A stretch of DNA of 64,000 bases, taken from Iphione sp. A-MEVVRFRX5 (lineage: Eukaryota). Positions 12,201-24,200 of the stretch are shown in pieces (position 1 is the first letter of the stretch; each line of letters starts with the position of its first letter). Where the stretch lies: positions 79,670,001 to 79,734,000 of the forward strand of contig OZ320316.1 in NCBI GenBank assembly GCA_976226885.1, given 5' to 3'. The notes under the pieces are model-generated. The model did not search any database. It had not been told where the DNA came from and saw only the letters and a list, made by a program, of their open reading frames with translations. The translations under genes and the position numbers were made by a program.

Positions 12201-15200
12201 TCAGGTCTAATATCATGTATCGACGAACACAACAGGATGCCTCTAATCCAAAGAGGGATGGTTTTCTCTCAAAAGGAAACTGCAGCAACATTTACAGTCA
12301 ATCTCGTTCTTCGTCATAAAAATGGTAGGCATTAAGACCGTCGTGGAAAATGGGCGCTAATGTACTGTAAGCGATGAAAAAGATAATACTTTCCCATGAT
12401 TGCTGTGCTAGAAAATCGATCATTCACAAAAATGATATAACGAATGAGGCCGAGAGTAGACAATGTTGTCCCCCTTTTGAGTGCGGTCAAAACGAGTCGC
12501 TCGTGCCCCCAAATGTTTTCGTTGACGTTGTGTTCATAAAACTCGGGATAAAAAAACACTGAAAATAAAATGACACCGGTACACCAGTGTACAGCGTATT
12601 TAAATATATCAATAACTTTGCATTTAGCTATACAAAACATAATTTCCGATATTATTGTGTACTTATTTCTTTTTCTTAAATCAGAATAATGTGATTGATA
12701 TACATTTGTGAATATTAGTATGTGCCAGTAGTATTATTTTCAACCTAGTAAATCTGTGTTAGTCATTCGTTTGACATGTGCATTATTTTTTAGTCTAGTT
12801 TAATTGAAATTGATCCTTTCAATGTCGAGCCGATGTTAGACTTATTTAAAGGTCATGTAGAAGTCACAGGCAGAGACCACTTGTGAGATCGGGTTCCTGG
12901 GTGCCGTTGAATCTGACAGGAATGAAATTACTTTCCGCCTCAGCCAGATCTAGTGCTCATCGATGCAGAGCTAATCTGATCTCAGGATCGTGTAAGGTAC
13001 GGGAATGACCGACTCCTAGTAGTTTAAGGAAAGAGGACAGTAGCAGCAGCAGGATAAGGCGATGTTTAATTAACCCGAGGAATATAGCTTGCCCAAACGG
13101 CGTTTGCTTAAATCCTCGTCTGTCGGCATTACATCAATAAAAAGATAAACGATTTCCTCATGTGCTGTCCCAGCGGTATAAATATGATACTATGGCGATG
13201 TAATTCTGCAACATTCCTATCCACACATTCACCAGCTCGGATTATACGGCCTGCATTACGCCCCCCCCCCTTCCAAGAGCTATATCCCTGCCGTGGGCCT
13301 AATTAACGTAACCTAACGTAATCCGAGGCTCTCACCATAAAAGCATTGTGTATGAAACAAAAGCGCATCTACCCTCGCGGGTGAAAAAGATCCTCCCATA
13401 GCTACGAGCAGGATATTTTATCTTTGCGGCATTCAGAAGTACGTGCCTGCACCTGGCCTTGCTCTGCTGCAAACGCATCATCTATAGTTACGGTGATTCA
13501 GCGGGGGCGGCAACGGCTACCATTGGCGACTGTGCCGTTTCTTGTGGCGATGGTGAAGCCACATAGGAGGCCGTAGCTCTGAGATGTAGTAGCCTGAGGC
13601 ACCTCAAGGGGTGCTTGGGAGGCGGTGCAAGGTGTATTGGCTGCCAACCAGCCCTCGGATGGTGCAATGAACTGGAGGTTGCTGCTAATATGGCATTGCT
13701 CCTCCCTTGTGGCCCCGCGTCTGCCTTGCCGCTGGGTGGGCTTGATGCCTCAACTCGCTTGCCTACTCGCCTACCCGCCTGCCAGCCAGTCGACCCGCCC
13801 TCCCAATGGTTTGGTGTTGCCTACCATTGTCTGCCGCGAGGTCATACTAGACATCACGCGCCGCAGTCTCGCGCACGTGGTAGAAAACGAGACGCGGCTG
13901 GCCGGCAGTGTTCGAGCTTCCTTCGTTTGGTATCCTTCCCCGTAATCGACGTCTACAACCTACAAGAACATGGAACAGGTCTGTATGCATTTTAGCAGAG
14001 TACACCGAGACGTGTCAAAAGGTATCAAAGTCAAACCAGCGTCTTTGAATGGTTTACAGACAAAAAAGACTCACAAGCAAAAGGGACCACAGTGAACATT
14101 TTGAAAAGGAGCACGATAGCAGGATTGTACACGTCTATACTGTACATGAATCATCCTGTGACTAACCTTACCATCGCTGCTGCAGACGCCTGTATGTATG
14201 CATGTATGTGTCATGAAAAGTCAATAATCTGCAACCGTTTTTTTAATTAGTCACAATGCATAGTGATTCATATCTGTACCTCAACCGTTCGCGATGATAC
14301 AAGAGAAAATAGAGATGAGAGAAGAAAAGAGATAACTTATGTTAACACACCTTTCAAACCCCGTTTCATGTCATTTTAGAACGATTTCTTTCGAAAGGGT
14401 GTAGTTCGTATATGAAATGTGAATAGTTGTTTACATTTTATGCATTTTGTCTGATTTGTCAACCGCAGTGGTAGACAAATCGACAGGCTGCAATTACCAG
14501 TAAACGGTGAGTTGAATGGTTGGGTCCGGTAAGGCTGTATTAGTCCAATTTATGGCCTGACGTCTCGCTTTGTCTGTCTGATCCTTTGGGGCTGGCTACT
14601 GGTCTCCTATATCTTTAATGGTCATGTAGTCGGATGACCCGATCATACAGCCTTCTTCCGTCCTGCGTTTCGGGTGCTTGGGGAGATCGCCACAGTCCAT
14701 TAAGGTCAACTGGCCACGTGCAGTGTCAGCTGGTTCCAGAATGACTTATATAAAGAAGGATCACGGACATATTCTGGGCAAATAGTGGTCGGCATGAGAT
14801 GTCTCCGTGAAGGACCCGGGATCACAATTTTGATATTGTCCGTTGTTGCTCCACGAACAAGAAATGTCAATTAGCCGCCCATGCAGATGTCGTCTTATTG
14901 ACAATAGTATTGCCGAGGTCAAGGGGTTACCCCTTCCTGCTGACAGCATAATGCCCGTCTTTTGCAGTCTCTATAAAGCATTTCATTTCTGGCCAAATAC
15001 TCTACAGGGTGCTATACCGGCTACCATTCGTCCAGTCAATATTTAGCTGCAACCAATCCAAGAGTCAGAGACTAAAAAGTCTCAGAAGGGAAGAATAACT
15101 CATTTTCTTAATTGAAAGTTCAGCTAGACTTCTCGTGCGAGATGATAAGTTGATTGGCCGCCCGATAGAGTTACTCTCGTGGGATTGGTATCGAACTGAC

Positions 15201-18200
15201 ACATTTTGTTCGCCACTGCTCGCTCCGATTTCCTTACAGTGTTTTCCGTGACAAGCGTCGTTCTTGGTCTGAATTAAAACCATTACAGGAACACGTTCAT
15301 GTTCTCATGGCCGATTTAGGTAGGCAAAACTCAGTCAACCGTCTGCCAATGAAAGGCGGCGTCAGCATCACATGGAACCATTAGGCTGTTGAACACGCTC
15401 CATTGATTGTTTTCGGTGCTGGTAAGTTTTGCTCCCCGTAGCTTTCTTCAACGTGCATTAGGTTAAGACTTCGTCTCACGTTCTCTTTTCGGCTGGCCAT
15501 CGACCATAATGGAGGCATTTGATTAACCGAGCTCGAAGCAATATTATCAATAGGTATATTTGTACATGGCGTCCCATTATCAGGCAAAGTATTGAACTTC
15601 AATACTGGCATGGCTACAAAGAGCTTGTGGTAAACAATGGTGCGACGCGCACTGGTCCCCGTGCTGCTTTGATGGTTGTCTCTTGGCCGCGTATTAGATG
15701 AGCAGGATGTGTCTCCAAGAGCAAACAATCTGTGAGCCCCAACGCCGTACAAACTAAAATGTCTGGGCCCACCACCGAGTTGCGGTGCGGGTTCTGGGCA
15801 TCAAAGACAAATCTCGGCTACCAATTGCACTGCCCTGAGTGCGTTCGGGAAGGATCATTGATTCCGCTGCTTTTATGTGCCTAGCAAAGCTGGTCAAAAC
15901 GCGCATCTCGTGCTTCTAACGAGCTGGGAATGGCAAAAAGGGTGTACCGACTAGAATATGGCGAGCATGAGCTAAATGTTTCATTAGATCACCGACAGTG
16001 CACCACATCAGCGTATCAAAGTCTCAAGTTAAGTGTATGTGTTCATTTAGGCACCTCATGTAGCCACTTTCTGTTATCCCAGTCCTTCTCAACAAGTGCC
16101 TCATGCGAGCCACGAAAATAATAGGATTACCTTATTTAATTCTCTAGATCAAGGAGTCCAAACTTTGTTAAAGACGCCTGTTCTCTGCTGGACGTTTTAA
16201 TCCTCACCGTCTCTTGGCTTTTTCGTAGAAGCTGCCGAGAATGCGCCTGTAGATTAAAGTAAAACTAATGGAATTCTGCCAATGATTTTACTTTATGGAG
16301 AAAAAAGGGCATCACATCCACGACAGGAGGTTATTTATCCTCGAAGGATAATTAGCACAACAAACAAAGCTAAATTATGGCACACCACCTGTAATGTCTA
16401 ATTAGTCATCTAGGGGCAGTTCGGATACAGTAATCTACTTTCCAGCATTTCAGACTTTCTTAACGCCAAGCCTGTGCTCAGAAGCACATTACTTAAAGCA
16501 ACCGTGATATACTATGAAAATATCTTCTGTGCAGCTGCAGTTTATTGAAAACAACAATGGTGTATCATTACCTATTGGCACTCGATTTCCTATAGGATGT
16601 ATTTTAATTTTAAAAGACGAGAAAGAGGAAAATGAGCCCCTGGGTCCTGCACGCTGTCCGCAAATGCAATACCCTAACAAAGGCAGGACAAAGGTATCAG
16701 AAAAAGGATTCGCTCGCACAAAACAGTAGTGGTTAAATTCTGTTCCCCTGCCTCTGATGCAAGGAGACCAGATGCTACCTTCTGTCTCTCTTCCCAGGCG
16801 CCTGCCCTTTTTACCGACATCCTAGGTTTCTTTTGATACATGTGAATACATCCCTTAGATGAAATTGGCACGCATGAGAGGAAGCAATCGACAAGGCTGC
16901 CAGAGTTCGAACAACATTGGCACACTCCCATTAAAAACATAGCGAAATGCTGCTTGTCCCAAAAACAAGGTGATAAACAGAACTGAAATTGCACCTCGAA
17001 TTGATGATGTCTCCCTTTTAAGTTTCACTCCGTTAGAACTATTCTGATGTGTAGTGTCTTCACTGACATTGTTTCTTTCATTCTGATCCAGCATTGCTTT
17101 CTTGTCGTATTCAATGGTGACAATCGTTTCCTAATCCCAGCATTGCGTGTTCTTTTCTTGCAGGGCGCATCATCGAGTCTGGTTGTGAAATTCGCTGACA
17201 CCGAGAAGGAACGGCAGCTTAGACGCATGCAGCAGATGGCAGGCCCGTTAGGTCTGCTAAACCCGTTCGCCCTTACACAGTTCGGTGCTTATGGTGCTTA
17301 CCCTCAGGTTCCCCAGTCTGTCAGTTCCCAGGTTAGTTGCCTTGATAATTTCTACATGTACGTTTATACTAATTGATTTTATAGACCTCGCTAGGGAAAA
17401 TAGGGAGAAAGCGCAATGTGATATCTAGAATGTGAACGATATCAGATGACGTATCACGGTGCGTATACATGTACATACATGTAGGTGAAAAGGAGACAGT
17501 TTCTTGTTTATTTGTTTATGGCAATACTCCACTTTTCTGTCCATAGTAATATTCTTTCTACGGAAATGGAGAAATATAAAAACACGTATTCGGGCAATCT
17601 CGGCCTTTCATGGATGCCTATGCGGAAATTCTTTACGTTTTTCACTCGATCGAGTTGCATTTCTCTGTGGTTCTGACCACCCATTTTCGGTGCTTTTGCT
17701 GAGATTGGATTTCACACTCGACCGCCGGTGGAGATCAACTGAGTTGATGGCAGCTTTTTACGCACTTAATGTAAATAGCCCACAGGTAGTTGGCGAGTCT
17801 GCGTCAATGCTAGTCTCGTTCCTGTAGCTAATCGAAGAAGAACTGTTTGTAGTTCTGTGGTACGTATTGAGCAGTGCCAATCTGCCAAACTTTTTAAAAG
17901 TCAAACGTTTGAATTATTTCCTCTCACCAAATTCCCACAGATCCACATTGCAGGAACGATTGCCATATGTGTAATAGTTACGGTAATATAAATTCCCCCA
18001 TAAAATGTCAAGTTTCCGATATTCTTTACAAGTCATGTTTTTAACGATAAAGAAAGCCTCCGATATGCCTTTTGTCCAGTCAGGACTGATGCATGAGTCT
18101 GTACCCAGGAGACGGGGCCCCCTTTCTATGGTGGTACCTCCCTTCGTGACCAAAACCTCACTTAAAACGATGGACACCTGTGTCCGTACAAAACGTGGGT

Positions 18201-21200
18201 TAAAATGTTTTAGAGAGCACCTTTTTTCTCTGTGTGGTCTTTACTTATATAAGCCGCACCTTACACTGAGGTGTTAAGATCCTGACAGAAGCATATGTCT
18301 AACGCTTGGCATTCGCACTGACTCTGATGGGCTTAAAGGTTGGATGTACAGAAGGGCGCCAGTGGACACAAGTTGCGAGCCGCTTTAAAGAGCGGCTCCA
18401 CTTCATCAACCTCGGCGTCCTGCCGTCGACCCCGTCCTGTGACCATTTCTTCATTAATTGTTGATGAGTCTTTATACTGATGGTTCATCAGATACAGTGA
18501 GCACGATTCAAGTCAGGATCAGGTACTATCAAGCAAAATTGAATTCCTACCCGGGTTGATCTTTCTGAGAGCGGTAAGATCGGTTGCAGATAGCGGGTGC
18601 CCTGACAGCTCGGCCGATAGCTTAATGCCTTCCACCTTCCATGGCGCCCAATTCCCTCGTGCTGATGACAAAGTTGTCACTAGTGACGACGCAAGGGTTT
18701 GCTGTCGGACACCGGCGTTCGGGAGGCGCTCCTCGAGGGAGATGGACCTGCTAAAATAAAACCCCTGCTCGCCGGCGCATCCGTACCGGTCTCATCCGGG
18801 GAGACGGAGCGGAATTTTGAATATTGATTTAAATTAACGTGGATGGTGAGTCTCTCGTAAGATGTCTGGTTTCCACCCGATTGGAAAGTCACTGTCGTCC
18901 CTGGTGTGAGGCGGGGAGTCTGTTGCTGCTGCCATGCGATGGTAACTGAAGAGTGACAGGAACAACCTATAACACAGCCCTTTTAGTCTGATACATACAC
19001 CCTCCTTGATGGTCGTGGATATAAGATACGTTGTGTATACTGTTCCGCTATTTGAATCGTGAGAGGTACAAAGGGAAGCTTGGACCTAAATTTTTTAGTA
19101 CTTTAAAAGATACACATCGTAGAAAGGAATTTTGTTTACGCAATACATGTACTTACACTCTAACACGCTTGTCAGTAACATCTAAAGCTGTTACGCGTAA
19201 TTATCTATATCAGCAAGTTGGACATAGCTGAAGAAGTGCCTCAAACTGCCAGGTGATTTTATACAGAGTGTACATACAGCTGATCTCTCACGATTCCCAA
19301 GGCCGTCTTGTAGACAGTAAGGTTTAGGGACATGAATTCAGAGGCAGATGGTCGGGTCTGGTCTGGCATCGCAAGAAGTAATAACCTTCCCCGTAACAGG
19401 ACAGTGTGTTAGGTACTAAGTGCAAGGGTATGGGAGGAGAGGTTAAGAGTACTGCTTTTGAAATAAATTGTAGGAGGCACAAGCCAGGATTTACAGCACT
19501 TTGTGGCGCGACGCCCAGAGAAGAGATGCCCAGATGGAGGCGTCAGATGGACGCAAAGCGCCCTGATCCACGAGGGGTCTGCATAATTCACGCTGGCATC
19601 CTTTATGCCAGGTGACACTAAGGAGACCCTGGCCCGATAGGCCCAGCATAGAGGCAGGGTGCGGCACATATTGTGCCGAAATCAGGGCGTATCTTGTGTG
19701 GAGGCACTCTATATGGCGATCTGATAGAGATGAAAGAAGGGATGGTATTGGGAGGAGGGTTGATGTCACTCGGTGCAACCTCTAGGAGGAAAGGGTGGCA
19801 GGAAGGTGGTGGGAGCGGGGGGCATTAGATTAGGGCGGCCTAACTCACAGAGGGGCGCCAGTCAGTAGGACCCTGTCTTGTCTCTACTGCATGCATCGTT
19901 CTTCTTAACGCTGGGCAAAGCCAGAATAGCAGCCTACAAAGACATATAGATTGATGGTTTGTGTCTGTTACATCTTTACCAATACACTGGCTTTGCAGTA
20001 CTAGGCCGTACCTGTTGTACCTACACACAGATGATTATAATCACCTGCGGCTTTTTATACACATTTTTTCTGCATAACCCATGTTTTCAACGAAGAAGAG
20101 GAGCAACCAACAGGTAAAAGCCAGAGCGATTATAAAAACCACCATACTCTTCAGCTACAACAAAACTTGACAGCCAGCCAAAAGAATAAATGAGTAAAAG
20201 GTATTGACGTTTACACTGTTCCTTTTTTTGAATTCGACTAGTCCCTGTAACGACCGATAGTTTCTTCAAGTAGAAAGACGAAGTAAGATTATTACTGACC
20301 TATTCGGCCGCTACCCTCTCATAAACTACTTTTAAGTGATTAGGTTCCAGATTATCGGGCAATGTGACGCGTTTAGGCAATGTGTATTTGAGTGTGGCGT
20401 GCGGTGTAGGTGGTATGCAGGGAACAGAGATGGGGTAGGCGCATTAATCTAAATGGCCGGTCTGCACTATATCCCTTGCTCTCAGCTGCCTCATGGACGC
20501 TGGGCCTATTACTGCGTTGGCTGCCCTCTTTGAAAGCCTCCCCAAAACATATCAAATGACGTGGAGGTTTTACGTTACACTATTTCTTTCTCTCCTTTTT
20601 TCAAAAACGAATTCTGGATACACTATTTCCATGATGAGCGAAGCCCAAGAAAATACGATACATAGACCAAGAAAAGTGGCCCACTGCTTACATCTTTTTT
20701 ATACACTGTTCCAGACAGGTCAGTTACATTTTGGTGAACGAAAGGCATACTTAAGGTTTTCGTGCTTGACCTCCGAGTTAATAACATTTGAAGCAAAGAG
20801 AGATTTAATTGCGAGTTTTCATTTGGATACGCCAATGCAAATGATATTATATGCGCAGGCAGAGAGATTAATCTCCTCTGAGATATTGAATATGTTGTGT
20901 TCCCCTTATTTGCTTGAGTTGTTAGCTGTAGAAAACTATAGGAGGCATTGTTGCTTGCGGTGTCGCCGAGACGTCTTCGTCGAAGCCATAGGATAGTGAT
21001 AGAGCCAGCCTGCTGACTGTGTAAGGGGTGGGCGCCGGCTGAAAAGGGTGGGCGGTAAGGGGCCCAAAGTGCCAGAAGGCAGCAAGCACGGTGGCCAAGG
21101 CGCGGTTCGCTTTTATGCGGCCCATGATGGCAGAGCACACAACATGACGGGCTTTGTGCTCGCCAACTTGGAATACAATCTCGGGTGAATCAAACATCCC

Positions 21201-24200
21201 ATCCATTATTGATCATCCGGCGTTAAAACTTTCATTGGGCTGCGAGACGTGCCCCAGCGCAGCCGGAGCCAGCACGAATAGGGTTACATCTTACAACTCG
21301 GGTAGCAACCGAGCTACTTCGATTGTTTTTGGTGCGATTACCCAGCACTCCTCCTCTTCACAGTAAGTTGTCAGCTGCTTTATCCTAGCTTGAACGGACA
21401 CCAGAACGAAACGTACCTCCATTTATTCAAAGAATCGTGGCAGAACAAGTACACCCCTCATAAAATGTTTAAATTTAGTCAGTCACTCTCCCCCAAATTG
21501 TCTGGGCGTGTAGCACAGATCCAGGCCGCCCACTATATCACAGGATAAAACATGCATTATATATTTAAATTGGCTTAGTGAAAGGAAATGGAAAGAGGAC
21601 AGGGCCAATCCGACGCTTAGTGAAAGATACCGCCGCTTGTTGAATCAGTATTGATTGTTGTAACATTGGAGAGGAAGGCATTCGCTTCAATGTATTTTAC
21701 TGTAATTTCACTAGACTTGCACTATTGGACATTGATTAAGTGTTTCCTTGATTGTTCTGCCCGGGCGGAAAGGCTAGTAATATATTTATACCGCGAAGTA
21801 CAAGATAATAGAGACATAATGGGCTATGGTTCATCAAGGCTCTTTCGTCGTGTTGCTTAGAAAATGGTTAAATAATGAGATATTTCGATTGCAACAAAAG
21901 GCTTGTTAAATATAATTGATTTTAAAAATTCATCACCTTTCCTGAATCAGGCTATCATGTTAAGCTCCAATCGGTTCCACTAATGTGTTGTGGCTAGGCT
22001 TGTGGAAGGAAATCATAGTTCCAGCCTTTGCGGACTCTTCCATTTCACACATGGGCTATGTTCCATCAAAATATCTCGAAAAGTGAAAGCGCTAACTAGA
22101 CCGCATTTCCAATGATATCTTTTTTGTCACCGAACATGATACATCCGAAACATGATAAAATACGTTAGTTTACTGAGTTACTTAGTTACACATCAACACA
22201 CTGTGGTCTCATTCACACTAAAGTATTTCAATAACCGTCATGAGAGGCCCGTTTAAATGCTATATAGGTGACCTTGCTAGCTTTGAATATTGGCGTTTGG
22301 ATGTAAATGTAAACGTACCAGTAGGAACTAAATGCATCTGAAAAAAATATAGCAGTACGTGTCCCATTTTCACTTCGAAAAGATCAAATATGTGAAAGCG
22401 TAATGATCAACAAAGATGAGATTATGTAGATACAATAAGAAACCGTCAAAACTGCAGGGAGAGGCGACTAGAGACCGTCAGAATTTCAGCAGCATGATGA
22501 GGGTGAGATAGGCAACACTGGTGCCGCATAGAAGAATATACGATGGATGGCCTGACAGCAGTTGCCAGCCTGGCGAATGAAGGTTGCAGTGGCAAGATGG
22601 GCGGATAGCGGAGCAAGCCGCCAAGGCCCGACAAATATAGTCACTTCCATCTGGCCATACGGTATAACGTATACAGGGGACCCGGTTTGTCATACACACT
22701 TGTTCCAAAAGGGCAACTGGCTAGAAGCAGCGGATCGCCCTCCAATGGTCTAAATAATTGTCCGGGAGGGAGTGATCACTGCTCCTGCACAGCCGTGTTT
22801 TCAGTTACCTCTTCTAAGTCTTCATACTGGAATGATAAATCACATCTAGATGGAGAGAAATGCGTGGCGGTTGTGGGTTATATTCTAGACGTGCAATAGT
22901 TTATGATGTACTGCGAAGAAGAGGACATTAACTTTTGTGACGCTCATTCAAGAACCATCGATACATTCGCATTGTGTCGTAGATAATATTGCACGAGGTG
23001 ATGCGGGTGGCAAAAACATGAATAGGCGTCCATTTATACTTGCGTTTCATATGTTTTAATTGAATTGGAATATATAGTAACAGCTGCAGTCACAATACAA
23101 TCGCCTGTTTTTAAGCAAGTAGGCCACAAGGCTGAAGAGAATACCATCTCGGACTGTTAATTGGGAATGAACATAAATATGCTTATTTTCTGCGCACACC
23201 TTGGTAAAATTATGCTCTGAACAAAAGATTCTTCTAAAACGTATCACTAGAAACTACTGCCATTGTTGACAAGAGCTGGGGTAATTTATGAAATGGGCCT
23301 CAGTGAAGGTCTGCTTGCGGCCTCATCATATGCACTGGTGCTTTGTCAGTGTTTCCGCTGCAGCGTTGTTTGTCTCTGAAAAAGGACCTCGAGGGACAAA
23401 GACCAGATGAGCTGCCATCCTACACCATTTGCTTAATGACGTAACAATTTTATTAACTTACGAGGTGGCCCACATTTTGAGCATTTTTCTTTTGTTCTCG
23501 CAGCTCGCTACCCTACTCTCGCTCTCGATGGGTTAGAGAGCGACGGGTCTTTGTGGGTAGTGATTTACCCTTAGACATCCAGTTTGATGGCGCCTAAGGT
23601 GGCCTGCTTTTGAGCTAAGGCAGGGGGAGAACATAGGCTGAGGAAGGTGCAGTAGAGGATGAGCGAGTGGTGCTGGATATTGACAGTGGTAGATTACGGT
23701 CAAGGTTAGCGTCTATGTAACAAGGCGTGTGTTATCTGACTCTGATCGACAGCTGATGCGCAGCGCTCCGCGCAGAAGGTGGCATCCAATGGAACCACCA
23801 ATCAGGCGACCAAATCTGAGTAATATGGATCAACTCGGCCTCATTTGGTCGGCGCATCTGGCACGAGGATGGTGATCGGGGTCATAGTGACTCTGTCGGC
23901 GTAGCCGCGTCTGTCACAAATGAATCTGCCATGCATGACAAATACGCCGAATTGGTGCGCGACCGGGAAAGCCTTTGTCTGCGTCGTCGGTAGGCTTCAG
24001 GGGGAAAGGGAGACCCCCTGTGCACGCACCCCAACCCTGCTTGCTTCTGTTCCAAAGCTTCCTACCTCTCGCATGTCATAGAAAGATTAGCCAAGATCTT
24101 TCCTCAACACACCCGCTTGAGGCAGACACACCCCGCCCCTCTATATGCACCATGCCCCCCCCCCCCCCGCCTCTACCAGCCTTGAGCAGTGCAAGGGCTT

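Noticed and set aside
15064-15085. tcagagactaaa resembling the group I intron R element (and atatagtc at ~22637 resembling S)
   Set aside because: The two motifs are 7.5 kb apart with no P/Q elements or P7 geometry; the first is a simple gagact/agtctc hairpin.
18661-18690. CTGATGA hammerhead-like start inside a structured island (also at 49267 and 50833)
   Set aside because: No stem II followed by GAAA; no ribozyme core could be assembled.
20493-21138. Overlapping 167-aa (+) and 171-aa (-) ORFs
   Set aside because: No motif similarity; intronic; no exon boundaries compatible with CELF.
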